A stretch of 57,143 bases of DNA from an uncultured Candidatus Saccharibacteria bacterium. Lineage in GTDB: Bacteria > Patescibacteriota > UBA1384 > DTJR01. The notes under the pieces are model-generated. The model was not told the DNA's origin. It ran no database searches and worked only from the letters and a program-made list of their open reading frames with translations. The translations under genes were made by a program, and so were the position numbers. The DNA is taken from contig CAYYMZ010000003.1 of NCBI GenBank assembly GCA_964473025.1, forward strand, positions 1 to 57,143, written 5' to 3'. Of this stretch, positions 16,732 through 25,637 are shown piece after piece (the first letter of the stretch is position 1; every line of letters begins with the position of its first letter).

Positions 16732-19209
16732 TTATAACTTTGCCTCTCTAGCCAAATCCTTGGTTGGTTGGGGTTGTGCGGATATTTTCATTTTCTCGCT
16801 AATTTCCGCTTCCACCACAGCAACATCACGGCCGTATTTTAAACGTGACAGTTGTTGTATCGCTTTGCTCATTTGCGCATTTTCAGCCACATTATCCTTG
16901 ATCGTCTGCATACTAAACGGTTTAGTCGGCGCATTATCTACTAACAGTTTAACATAAGCGTTGTAAGCATCAATTTGGTTCAAATCAAATTGGTCGGCTA
17001 CGGGTTCAAATTCCTTGGCCATAAATTCCGCATCCGGCACGCCTACTCTGAACGAAACTAAGGTTCCAACGTTTCCGATGATTGCGTCCCTAATTGATTC
17101 GGGAATTTGAGCGATGTATTGATTTGTAATACAAAGATCGAGACGAAATTTTCTGGCCTCAGACAAGATCGAGGCAAAGGTATCGGTGGCAAAATTTTGA
17201 AACTCATCAACATATAGATAAAAATCCCGGCGCTTTTCCTCCTCGACATCCGATCTTGAAAGCGCGGAGGTAAATAATTTTGCCACGAAAATCATACCCA
17301 AAAGATTGCTGTTGATCTCCCCTATTTCTCCTTTAGCTAAATTAATAAGAAGGATTTTGCCCGAATCCATCGCTTCGCGCAGATCAAAGGCGGACTTCGC
17401 CTGCCCGATTATGTTTCGCATGGTTATATTTGTCATGAACCGGCCGAATTTCGAAATAAAATAATTGTACATTTCCGATTTATGAAAATCGGCTGTTTTT
17501 GCCAACTGCTGGACCCAGAACGCCTTGACCACAGGATCCTTTAGCGCCCCCACCCTTTCATCCCTAAAGGCATCATCAGTGAAAAGTTTTGGAATTTCAA
17601 TTAACGTGCCGCCCCCAGGATAATCCATAAGGGTCAGGGCCGCGTTTCTCATCCAGTGTTCAAATTGCGGACCAACAAAGCCCTGTTGGTTTGGATCAAA
17701 AAGTTTATAAAAAATTTGGATTGCTTCCTGCACTAAAAAGTCCTTCTGCTCTTTTGTTTTCCATTCAAGCAGGTTTAACCCCAAGGGACGCGCCGTATCA
17801 GACGGATCAAAATAAATTACATCTTCTGCCCTTTCGCGTGGGATCTTTCCGATGAGTTTTTCTACTAATTCGCCGTGCGGATCAAAAACGGCCACACCCT
17901 CGCCGGATCTTATATCCTGAAGAATCATTGACTCAAATAGCGTTGTCTTACCTGTGCCGGTCATTCCAATTGAGTAGAGGTGGCGGCGGCGGTCGGCCTT
18001 TTTGAGTCGTACCAGTATTTCCTCGCCGCGATATACATTTTTGCCGAGAATAATGCCCTCTTTTGGCAGAGCAGCTGAAACTGGGGCGCGCTTGGCCATA
18101 AACCATCTTATACCAGGCGTGTCCAAGCTCTCAGACGGAAAGTGATAAATACTGGCCAACTCTTCAGAATTAAGAATCATTTTTCTATAGCCGAGGAAGG
18201 AACGCAAGATGTAGTGAGTCAAAAAATTGTTTTTATCTGTGACTGGATGAAGCTTGAAACCATTTCTGTCCGGAGCAGAAAATTGCGACAAACCGTTAAA
18301 AATGTTTTTTAGATTAGAATCTGCCTCGAGCTTTGTTTCTGCCATTGAGAGAATTTTGATCTGGACTTCAAACCCAGTTTTTGAACCCTTCTGGGTTAAA
18401 AGCTTGAGTGTTTCCTCCTGTATTGGTGTAGTTTTTTTAAGCGGATCATCCCCTTTCGCCGAAGACGAAATAAACTGACCAAGAAAATGCCCCAACTTGT
18501 TGTACCATGATACCCCGAGCGGTATACTTTTTCCCTCCTGAATCCTGCGCATAATCCAGTCGAGCTGACCTCTCCAACCCTGACTAATCGGCCGAACCAG
18601 AATCTGAACCGCCGCCCTTGATCCTTCGCCTATTTTAGATAGAGAGTTGGTGATGGTGGAGATTGAATCATACTCAAATTCTCTAAATGTCTTAATTGGA
18701 AAGACAAAGCTTCTGGAAGTTGAGACAGAGCTGCAAGAAACCTCTAATCCTTCTTTGAAAATCCTGAATTCATTGCTTGGTTCAATACTGGCGTTCGGAT
18801 AAAAACTTTGAATTTGCTTTTGGATTAAATCAACGTGTGATCTGGGAGCACCCACGAAAAAGATAATCTCCTTGTCTTTTGAAACGAATTCAAACGAAAT
18901 AACAGGTTGGCCCTTGAACAAACCCTTCATTCCTCCTTCGTAAAGACCGCTTAAAGACGCAAAAAACTGTTCTGAGTAAGAAGTGATATCCGCAACGGTT
19001 TTCAAGCTTTCGTATTCATGCCTCTCGAATTTCTTGGGAACTTTAACCTCAAGAATTACCAGGTCGTTTGCTCTCTTAACGAGGTGCGATTTTAGATATC
19101 TGCGGTAAAGCAAATAAATTAGAATTAAAATAACTAACCCTATACTCGCCCAAATCAAAAACGAGTATGGGCTGATTGCTTGAGAATTTACCGTTGAATA
19201 GTCAACCAT
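16732..19209 (-). CDS. VirD4/TraG/TraD-like P-loop ATPase, copy 1, membrane-anchored
   Basis: N-terminal TM helix (FLIWASIGLVILILIYLLY). Walker A GMTGTGKTT. FDPHGEL, YLYVDEFQNFATDTFA, TNQYIAQ and GNVGTLVSFRVG. Confidence 0.8.
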   Translation of the reverse strand: MVDYSTVNSQAISPYSFLIWASIGLVILILIYLLYRRYLKSHLVKRANDLVILEVKVPKKFERHEYESLKTVADITSYSEQFFASLSGLYEGGMKGLFKGQPVISFEFVSKDKEIIFFVGAPRSHVDLIQKQIQSFYPNASIEPSNEFRIFKEGLEVSCSSVSTSRSFVFPIKTFREFEYDSISTITNSLSKIGEGSRAAVQILVRPISQGWRGQLDWIMRRIQEGKSIPLGVSWYNKLGHFLGQFISSSAKGDDPLKKTTPIQEETLKLLTQKGSKTGFEVQIKILSMAETKLEADSNLKNIFNGLSQFSAPDRNGFKLHPVTDKNNFLTHYILRSFLGYRKMILNSEELASIYHFPSESLDTPGIRWFMAKRAPVSAALPKEGIILGKNVYRGEEILVRLKKADRRRHLYSIGMTGTGKTTLFESMILQDIRSGEGVAVFDPHGELVEKLIGKIPRERAEDVIYFDPSDTARPLGLNLLEWKTKEQKDFLVQEAIQIFYKLFDPNQQGFVGPQFEHWMRNAALTLMDYPGGGTLIEIPKLFTDDAFRDERVGALKDPVVKAFWVQQLAKTADFHKSEMYNYFISKFGRFMTNITMRNIIGQAKSAFDLREAMDSGKILLINLAKGEIGEINSNLLGMIFVAKLFTSALSRSDVEEEKRRDFYLYVDEFQNFATDTFASILSEARKFRLDLCITNQYIAQIPESIRDAIIGNVGTLVSFRVGVPDAEFMAKEFEPVADQFDLNQIDAYNAYVKLLVDNAPTKPFSMQTIKDNVAENAQMSKAIQQLSRLKYGRDVAVVEAEISEKMKISAQPQPTKDLAREAKL

Positions 19210-19272
19210 TGTCCCTCAAGTTGTATTATACCAAAAAGAAGCTCCGCAAATAAGAAGAGAACTGGTTGAATG

Positions 19273-20418
19273 TTATGCAAGATTTTTTCTGATGGTGCTT
19301 TTGATGTCGGATACCAAGATATGCACAAAATAGAGATTGTGTTCGGTTACCAAATGAATGCCGAGTGGCTCATTTTCTTGTATTAAATGGCGCAAATAAC
19401 TTTTTGAAAAACCTTTTTTGCAGGTGTAGCACCCGCAATTATCCGAAATTGGCCCTAAATCTTTCTTAAAGATAGATCTTTTTAAATCAATGCTTTCGTA
19501 TGAATATTTAAGGTTTTTAAGTTTTTTGCCTTTTAAACTTTTAACCCAGGACAAACCGTGTCTTGCCAGCCGTGTGGGCAAGACGCAATCAAACATATCA
19601 ATCCCAAGCGGTATAACGCGAGCAATATCTTCCGGATAACCTATCCCCATCAAATATCGCGGCTTGTTTTCGTTTAAAATTTCAGTGCACCAGGTGACAA
19701 CCTCGTAAATTTTCTCCTTTGTCTCCCCTACCGAAACACCACCAATAGCATTGCCTGGCATATTCAGATCGTTGATGTGCCGAGCCGACTTCTCCCTTAA
19801 ATCTCTAAACACCCCGCCTTGGCAAATCGGAAAAAGCGCCTGATCTTTGCGTTTTTTTGCTTTGATGCATCTTTCAAGCCAAAGGTGGGTTGCGGATATC
19901 GCCTTTTCTACATCGGTGCGCGTCGCTGTCGCGGGTGGACAAACGTCTAATGCCATTATAATGTCAGCCCCTAGTTTTTCCTGGATTTTTATTGATTTTT
20001 CAGGATCTAAATAATGCTTTGATCCGTCTAGGTGTGAGTAAAAAGTTACCCCGCGATCATCAACTTTGGCTTTTTTGATTGGAAAATCCCCCCTGTTCTC
20101 CCGCCTTCCTTCTCCTAACGAGAAAACCTGAAAACCACCCGAGTCGGTCAAAATAGGATGCGGCCACTTTATATACGAATGTAAACCACCCGCTTTTTCA
20201 ATCAAATCCTCACCCGGACGCAAATAAAGATGATAAGTATTTGAAAGAATAATTTGTGACCCGACAGTTTCGAGATCGTTTGGTGTCATTGTCTTTACCG
20301 CACCAACTGTTCCAACAGGCATAAAAACCGGAGTTTCAATAACACCGTGAGGTGTTGTAAACTCCCCGATACGTGCTTTAGATTTTTTAGATCTTGTCTT
20401 GATTTTGTATTCGAACAT
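19273..20418 (-). CDS. tgt: Queuine tRNA-ribosyltransferase
   Basis: LTDSGGFQVFSL motif and the zinc site CGCYTC...H. Confidence 0.93.
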   Translation of the reverse strand: MFEYKIKTRSKKSKARIGEFTTPHGVIETPVFMPVGTVGAVKTMTPNDLETVGSQIILSNTYHLYLRPGEDLIEKAGGLHSYIKWPHPILTDSGGFQVFSLGEGRRENRGDFPIKKAKVDDRGVTFYSHLDGSKHYLDPEKSIKIQEKLGADIIMALDVCPPATATRTDVEKAISATHLWLERCIKAKKRKDQALFPICQGGVFRDLREKSARHINDLNMPGNAIGGVSVGETKEKIYEVVTWCTEILNENKPRYLMGIGYPEDIARVIPLGIDMFDCVLPTRLARHGLSWVKSLKGKKLKNLKYSYESIDLKRSIFKKDLGPISDNCGCYTCKKGFSKSYLRHLIQENEPLGIHLVTEHNLYFVHILVSDIKSTIRKNLA

Positions 20419-20426
20419 TTTTCTAA

Positions 20427-20453
20427 ATCAGCCCCGCTTTTGGCGGGGCTGAT
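20427..20453. other. 11-bp perfect hairpin between rplL and tgt
   Basis: ATCAGCCCCGC-TTTTG-GCGGGGCTGAT. There is no clean U-run on either strand, so the function is unclear. Confidence 0.5.
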
Positions 20454-20603
20454 TCTCATTTCTTATAATTGAGCACATTAGCTATGAAGGCCGTGTCATA
20501 GACAAACTGGCCTGGTTCCCACGGGGACAATTTGCTGAGACTGAGCAGGCCCGCTCGCAGGAAGTGGGAACTGCGTGCTTTCATGTCGATATGCGAACGC
20601 TCT

Positions 20604-21170
20604 TTATACTAACTCCGCTGTTGCACCAGCAGCTTCAAGTTTCTTCTTGGCTTCTTCGGCTTCTGCTTTCGGCAAATCTTTTCTTACTTCTTTTGGTGCA
20701 CCATCAACAAGATTCTTGGCATCAACTAATCCTAATTCCTGATTGATTTCGCGAACTGCTTTGATAACAGCGATTTTTTGAGCACCACCGTCTTTGAGCA
20801 TAACCGTATAGTTTGATTTTTCTTCGGGGGCGTCAGCAACACCTGAAGCAGCGCCAGTTACAGCAACCGGAGCAGCAGAGGCAGAAACACCAAATCTTTC
20901 CTCAAGCGCTTTGACAAGTTCTGCCAAGTCAGCGACGGAAAGCTCTTCGATATTTTTAATTAAATCCTTGAACTTACCTGTTGGTTTTGGTTTTTCAACC
21001 GGCTTCCCGGCCTTCGGCTGGTCAACCGTAGGCTGATCAGCTGGTTTTCCTTCAACCTTCTCCTCGACTTTTGGTTCTTCTTTTACTTCCTCGGCTTTTT
21101 CCTTAGCAGCTTCTTCTTTTACCTCTTCAGCTACTTCCTCTTTTTCTTCCTTCTTTTCTTCATCTGCCAT
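20604..21170 (-). CDS. rplL: Ribosomal protein bL12 (L7/L12) with a ~65-aa K/E/P-rich N-terminal extension
   Basis: The core matches L7/L12 ([21 protein letters not shown] ... [11 protein letters not shown] ... [11 protein letters not shown]). I chose the start at MADEE, 8 nt after an AGGA site. Confidence 0.9.
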   Translation of the reverse strand: MADEEKKEEKEEVAEEVKEEAAKEKAEEVKEEPKVEEKVEGKPADQPTVDQPKAGKPVEKPKPTGKFKDLIKNIEELSVADLAELVKALEERFGVSASAAPVAVTGAASGVADAPEEKSNYTVMLKDGGAQKIAVIKAVREINQELGLVDAKNLVDGAPKEVRKDLPKAEAEEAKKKLEAAGATAELV

Positions 21171-21194
21171 TTTGATTCCTTTCAAATTTATTAA

Positions 21195-21716
21195 TTAACC
21201 TTCAATTTGTTTTTGATATTGACTCAACACGCTAACCAATCCCCTCATATTTCCGGATAAAACATTAACAAATCCGGTTAGTGGGCCGGCAATAACGCCA
21301 ACCAGTTTCCCGTGCAACTCTTCCCGGCTTGGAAGCAATGCCAGCGATGAAACCTGTTCTTTGCCTACTTTTTCACCCAGGACAAATCCGCTTAATATTT
21401 TCAGGTTTTCATGTGCTTTCGCAAATTCATAAAGCTCTTTTGAAACCTCGACTTCGTCTGCCCCAAACGCGAAAATTAAGGGCTGGTCTAGGATTTCCTG
21501 ATCCATTTCAAGTTTTAACTCATTTAGGGCTTTCTTAACCAATGTGTTTTTGGTAACGATTAGCCGGACCCCCTTTTCTTTAAGATTTTTTCTAAGTTCG
21601 GTAATTTCGGCGGTCGATAAACCGGAATAATTAGAAGCGATTGTCGCCGAAGAATCGCGTAGTAATTCTTTTAATTCGCCCAACGATTGCTCTTTTTGAA
21701 CTCTTGTTAATTTCAT
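21195..21716 (-). CDS. rplJ: Ribosomal protein uL10
   Basis: 173 aa in the expected position upstream of rplL, with L10-like sequence. Confidence 0.9.
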   Translation of the reverse strand: MKLTRVQKEQSLGELKELLRDSSATIASNYSGLSTAEITELRKNLKEKGVRLIVTKNTLVKKALNELKLEMDQEILDQPLIFAFGADEVEVSKELYEFAKAHENLKILSGFVLGEKVGKEQVSSLALLPSREELHGKLVGVIAGPLTGFVNVLSGNMRGLVSVLSQYQKQIEG

Positions 21717-21850
21717 TTTTCCTCTTGTTACTTAAAAAGGCGCTTTCGCGCCAAGACAAAACAAAAAACTATTGTTTTACCTCGGCAGGCCCTTTCGGAT
21801 TAACCCCCATCGGGGGACCGGCTTTCTCAGGTACAGTTATTATCACAAAA
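21717..21850 (-). promoter_or_regulatory. Candidate L10-leader-type structured 5' UTR with an attenuator hairpin
   Basis: On the minus strand there are hairpins CCCCC-GAT-GGGGG and CC-GAAA-GG. GGCGC-GAAA-GCGCC plus a U-run (21739-21752) lies just before the rplJ ribosome-binding site. Confidence 0.45.
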
Positions 21851-21863
21851 TTATTTGATTATG

Positions 21864-22793
21864 TCAACCTTTGATTGCTTCAACCTTGATTCCAGGACCC
21901 ATCGTAGCTGATAAAGTTGCTGAGGCAATTTTAAAGCGGGCGAAGGACTTGAATACTGTTTTTAGGTTTTCCTCGAGCTTTGCTTTATCCCATGAAACCT
22001 TACCAATCGGAAGGTGGAAGTTATTTCCCGAATCAGAGCGATAACGGACAATATTACTCTTTAAATCCTCTATTGCCTTTTTGGGATCTTCAACAACCGT
22101 ACCGTCTTTCGGATTTGGCATTTTCCCTTTAGGACCTAGGATTTTAGCAACAGCTCCAAGCTGCGGCATAATTTCGGGCGTAGCAACTAATATATCGAAA
22201 TCCGTTTCCCCCTTTTTTATTTTTTCGATCATTTCCTCTGTTGCGATTTCGACTTTAAGAGCTTTTCCCGTACCATGGGGCAAGCGGATTGTGCCGCGTG
22301 GGGCATCTTCAGCTTTCTTGCTTTTTTCGATTCTTATAGCCAAACTTATGGTTCCATCGAATTTTGAATAGGACATTTCCTTAACTGCGTCGATTGCTTC
22401 AGACAAAGGATGAACTTTATGATCGAGTTTCTCGGCACGCTTCAGATATTGTTTGGATCTTGTTTTGGGTTTTGAAACTTTGCGAGATTTTTTTCCCTCA
22501 TTTTTTTCTGACTTCTTTTGTTTCTTTGGCTCGTTTTTGGCATCAGCTTCAAGCGCGGCTTCCGTGTCAGTGTTAATTGCAGATACCTCTGGAGCGATTT
22601 CTTCCTTTGTACCGGTTTCTTCTTCTACATCCTCAATGTCTACTTCCTGCCCGGAAATGTTGTGTTCTGGAGAGCTGGGTTCATCAATTTCGGATAATTT
22701 TTGTGCCTTTTTCTCTTCTGCAACGACATTATCCTCGATTATCACTTGCTCGAGAGCTTTTTCCTCTTTTTGACCTGCGCTTTTTTTTGCCAT
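21864..22793 (-). CDS. rplA: Ribosomal protein uL1 with a ~90-aa acidic/lysine-rich N-terminal extension
   Basis: The core has GTIRLPHGTGK and a typical L1 C-terminus. The N-terminal ~90 aa are low complexity. Confidence 0.88.
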   Translation of the reverse strand: MAKKSAGQKEEKALEQVIIEDNVVAEEKKAQKLSEIDEPSSPEHNISGQEVDIEDVEEETGTKEEIAPEVSAINTDTEAALEADAKNEPKKQKKSEKNEGKKSRKVSKPKTRSKQYLKRAEKLDHKVHPLSEAIDAVKEMSYSKFDGTISLAIRIEKSKKAEDAPRGTIRLPHGTGKALKVEIATEEMIEKIKKGETDFDILVATPEIMPQLGAVAKILGPKGKMPNPKDGTVVEDPKKAIEDLKSNIVRYRSDSGNNFHLPIGKVSWDKAKLEENLKTVFKSFARFKIASATLSATMGPGIKVEAIKG

Positions 22794-22868
22794 TTTCCCT
22801 CCAAGTGGTTCAAACGCCCAGCATTCTTGTAAATGTGCTGGGCTCCCACCAGATTCCCCTTCGGGGAA

Positions 22869-23432
22869 TTAATTAATTTTGTAAGATTTATTTTCTAAAT
22901 TATTGCCAGCAATTGAATCTACCACATCCTTGAGTGCAATGTCAATAATTTGATCAATTATTTTGCGATCTTTGCTTGGCATTTTTTGCAAAACATAATC
23001 TTCAAGTTTAAGACCGCCTTGATCGCCTATCCCAATTCTCACGCGCCAAAAATCGCTGCCAAGCTCTGAAATTATTGATTCCAACCCATTGTGACCACCT
23101 GATTGGCCTGAATAGCGGACCCTTGCCTGGCCAACCTCCAAATACGTGTCGTCACAAACAATAATTATGTCAGTTGGATCAACCTTGTAGTACTGCGCGA
23201 TTTTTGAAACCGCCTCACCCGATTTGTTCATAAATGCCAGTGGCTTAACAAGCAAGAGCTGTTGGCTTTGAAAATTTATCTCGGCTGTCTCAGCGTTGAA
23301 TTTTTTTTCTAATTTAAACTTTTCGCCCTTTAGCACTTTTTCGGCTAAGTAATCTACAGCCCAAAAACCAACATTGTGGCGCGTTGCCCCGTACTCTTTA
23401 CCCAAATTTCCTAACCCTACGATTAATTTCAT
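22869..23432 (-). CDS. pth: Peptidyl-tRNA hydrolase
   Basis: GLGNLGKEYGATRHNVGF signature. Confidence 0.92.
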   Translation of the reverse strand: MKLIVGLGNLGKEYGATRHNVGFWAVDYLAEKVLKGEKFKLEKKFNAETAEINFQSQQLLLVKPLAFMNKSGEAVSKIAQYYKVDPTDIIIVCDDTYLEVGQARVRYSGQSGGHNGLESIISELGSDFWRVRIGIGDQGGLKLEDYVLQKMPSKDRKIIDQIIDIALKDVVDSIAGNNLENKSYKIN

Positions 23433-23484
23433 TGAAATTTATGTGTTAACTTTTTACTTTTTAGCTTTTACCTTTTACTTTAAC

Positions 23485-23790
23485 TTACATCCCGGGGAGA
23501 TTTATTCCCATCTCCCCCATCAAACCCTTCGTCTTTTCAGCCGCAACTGCTTGAACGCGGGATAATCCTTCGGAAATAATCCTAACTAATTTATCCTCGA
23601 GTTCTCTTTTGCGCTCCGAGCTTAAAAGCGATTCGTCAATTTTAATCTCTTTGATTTTCTGGTCTGCCGAGAAAACAATACTTATAAGTCCATCTGTGCT
23701 TTTAGCTTCGATTTCCGTATTGCGCAGTTCTTTTTGAACTTCCTTGGCTTTTTTCTGCAATTGATACAACTGCTTGGCTTTATCAAACAT
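23485..23790 (-). CDS. ybaB: YbaB/EbfC nucleoid-associated protein
   Basis: Family-typical N-terminus MFDKAKQLYQLQKK. I moved the start to this ATG, immediately after the prfB stop. Confidence 0.8.
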   Translation of the reverse strand: MFDKAKQLYQLQKKAKEVQKELRNTEIEAKSTDGLISIVFSADQKIKEIKIDESLLSSERKRELEDKLVRIISEGLSRVQAVAAEKTKGLMGEMGINLPGM

Positions 23791-23791
23791 T

Positions 23792-24763
23792 TTATTCCTT
23801 TCTTTTTTCTGCCTCAAGGTATGATTCTACAAAATTATCCAGGTCACCGTCAAGGGTTGCCAGAGGGTCGCTTGATTCTAACCCCGTGCGATGGTCCTTG
23901 ACCTGCTGGTATGGCTGCAATACATACGAGCGGATTTGATTTCCCCACTCGGCCGAAGTATGCCCGCCAATAATTTCCTTTTCTCTGGCTTTTTTTTCAT
24001 CAATTTGGCGTAACTTGAGTTTCGTTTTAAGAATCTTCATCGCCGTTTCTTTGTTTTGCAACTGACTTCTCTCGTTTTGGACCGAAACAACAATCTTAGA
24101 AGGCAGGTGGGTAATCCTTACCGCCGAATCGGTGGTGTTAACCGATTGTCCACCATGACCACCAGAGCGGAAAACATCAATTTTTAATTCTTTCTCGGGA
24201 ATTTCAACGTCCGATAACTCTTCGAATTCCGGAATAACCTCAACCAAGGCGAACGAGGTATGCCTGGCCTTATCAGCATCATATGGGCTAATCCTAACCA
24301 AGCGGTGAACGCCTGCTTCTGACCGTAGATTTCCGTAAGCATTAAGACCGGCAATTTTTATTGCCACGCTTTTTATACCCGCCTCTTCCCCTTTTGATTC
24401 GTCTAAAATTTCTGTCTTGAAATTATGCTTCTCGGCAAAACGCAGATACATTCTCATCAACATTTGAGCCCAATCTTGCGCTTCTGTTCCACCTGCTCCG
24501 GCATGAATAGATAGAATTGCACCCTTCTCATCAAATTCTCCTGAAAATAAAGTTTCACTTTCCAGTTCGTTAATTTCGTCATCGCTTTGGGCATTTTCAA
24601 ATTTATCAATCAAATTTTTAATTGCGGATAATTCTTGGCTTAAGACCGTTGCGTGTTCGCGGTCAGCCCAAAAAGAAGGGTCTTGCATTTGATTCTCGAG
24701 CTCTTTGACCCTCTGCTCTTTTTCTTCGATTTTTAGTAATTTATGCAATTCGCTCTTTTCCAT
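23792..24763 (-). CDS. prfB: Peptide chain release factor 2 (short N-terminus, no programmed frameshift evident)
   Basis: GGQ motif (SGGHGGQSVN). The RF2-type tripeptide region reads SPY instead of SPF. Confidence 0.88.
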   Translation of the reverse strand: MEKSELHKLLKIEEKEQRVKELENQMQDPSFWADREHATVLSQELSAIKNLIDKFENAQSDDEINELESETLFSGEFDEKGAILSIHAGAGGTEAQDWAQMLMRMYLRFAEKHNFKTEILDESKGEEAGIKSVAIKIAGLNAYGNLRSEAGVHRLVRISPYDADKARHTSFALVEVIPEFEELSDVEIPEKELKIDVFRSGGHGGQSVNTTDSAVRITHLPSKIVVSVQNERSQLQNKETAMKILKTKLKLRQIDEKKAREKEIIGGHTSAEWGNQIRSYVLQPYQQVKDHRTGLESSDPLATLDGDLDNFVESYLEAEKRKE

Positions 24764-24813
24764 ACCTTGAATTGTACCTTAAAACGACTAAAAACTCAAA
24801 GTATTTATAACAC

Positions 24814-24839
24814 AAAACCCCGTCATGCGACGGGGTTTT
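24814..24839 (-). terminator. Intrinsic terminator (bidirectional hairpin) between the Ser-rich gene and prfB
   Basis: AAAACCCCGTC-ATGC-GACGGGGTTTT. Confidence 0.7.
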
Positions 24840-24848
24840 GCTTATCTT

Positions 24849-24880
24849 CCCCAACACCCTTTATCTAAAGGATGTTGGGG
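24849..24880. repeat. REP-like palindrome, empty copy
   Basis: CCCCAACACCCTTTA-TC-TAAAGGATGTTGGGG. The arms match the 15-bp arms that flank the GIY-YIG gene at 38625/38926, with one mismatch. Confidence 0.8.
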
Positions 24881-24936
24881 CTTACTCAACTTACGACAGA
24901 AATTAAATCTGACTTTGTCGCAGAGCGGTTTCGCAA

Positions 24937-25485
24937 TTAAAGGTTGGCTTTGATGAAGCCGAATCTTTTTCTTGCACGAAGCGCAAGAGCACTAACCGAT
25001 CCAATACCAAGCGACCCTAAGGCCGGGAGGGCAAGTTCGATTCCGGTTTTTGGCAACGTGCCAGATGTTTTAGCTTCACTTTTGGCGCTAGCTAACTTCT
25101 TAGGCGTTGGTGTTGTCTTAGAGCTCGAAACTGCGGCGGCGGCTGATGTTGCTGAATTGCTGCTGGAGCTACCAGACCCACCCGATGCAGAAGACGAACT
25201 TCCAGACGAAGATCCCGCTGCGGCAGAGCCCTGATCAGTAGCGACTGCGGCAACCGAGGATGTTGAGCCAGAGCTTGAGGATGATGCGCCACCACCAACA
25301 GCATGTTTTGTGCTGTCACCAGAAGCTGAAGAACTGCCCGCGCCACCCGAAGATGCCGCTGCAGAACCACCATCATTGACTACTGCTACGCTCGAGCTAG
25401 TTGTTGAAGACGAGCTAGAGGAAGCAGCGTAAGCTGTTCCTGCGCTCAACATAGCAACTATTAAGCTAATTGCTAATTTATTCAT
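24937..25485 (-). CDS. Ser/Ala/Gly-rich LPXTG cell-wall-anchored protein
   Basis: Signal peptide MNKLAISLIVAMLSAGTAYA. C-terminal LPKTG, then a hydrophobic stretch and an RARKR tail, which is a sortase sorting signal. Confidence 0.8.
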   Translation of the reverse strand: MNKLAISLIVAMLSAGTAYAASSSSSSTTSSSVAVVNDGGSAAASSGGAGSSSASGDSTKHAVGGGASSSSSGSTSSVAAVATDQGSAAAGSSSGSSSSASGGSGSSSSNSATSAAAAVSSSKTTPTPKKLASAKSEAKTSGTLPKTGIELALPALGSLGIGSVSALALRARKRFGFIKANL

Positions 25486-25592
25486 TCTGTCTCCTAAATT
25501 CTAAATTATTTGCGCGTTCGACCGATCGCGAGTCAATTTCTTTTGACCAGGTTGGGGCCTAAGCCACAATGCTGTTTAAAAGAAGTTGGGAG

Positions 25593-25620
25593 GGGGACGG
25601 ACACTGAAGTGTCCGTCCCC
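25593..25620 (-). terminator. Hairpin terminator after the collagen-like gene
   Basis: GGGGACGGACAC-TGAA-GTGTCCGTCCCC, a 12-bp stem. Confidence 0.6.
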
Positions 25621-25637
25621 TGTTTGATTCCCCTCTG

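Noticed and set aside
20460-20603. SRP (4.5S) RNA, in this region or at 39195-39230 (GGTCAGGAGGGAAAAG).
   Set aside because: The conserved helix-8 pattern (AGG-NCC-GGAA-GGN-AGCA) could not be aligned on either strand. Only short partial resemblances were seen.
24795-24802. A CTTTGA motif upstream of prfB, as a possible RF2 +1 programmed frameshift site.
   Set aside because: No upstream ORF encodes an RF2-like N-terminus. The only ATG lies in the loop of the terminator hairpin and gives 12 unrelated residues. The annotated ORF already starts at the region homologous to post-frameshift RF2.
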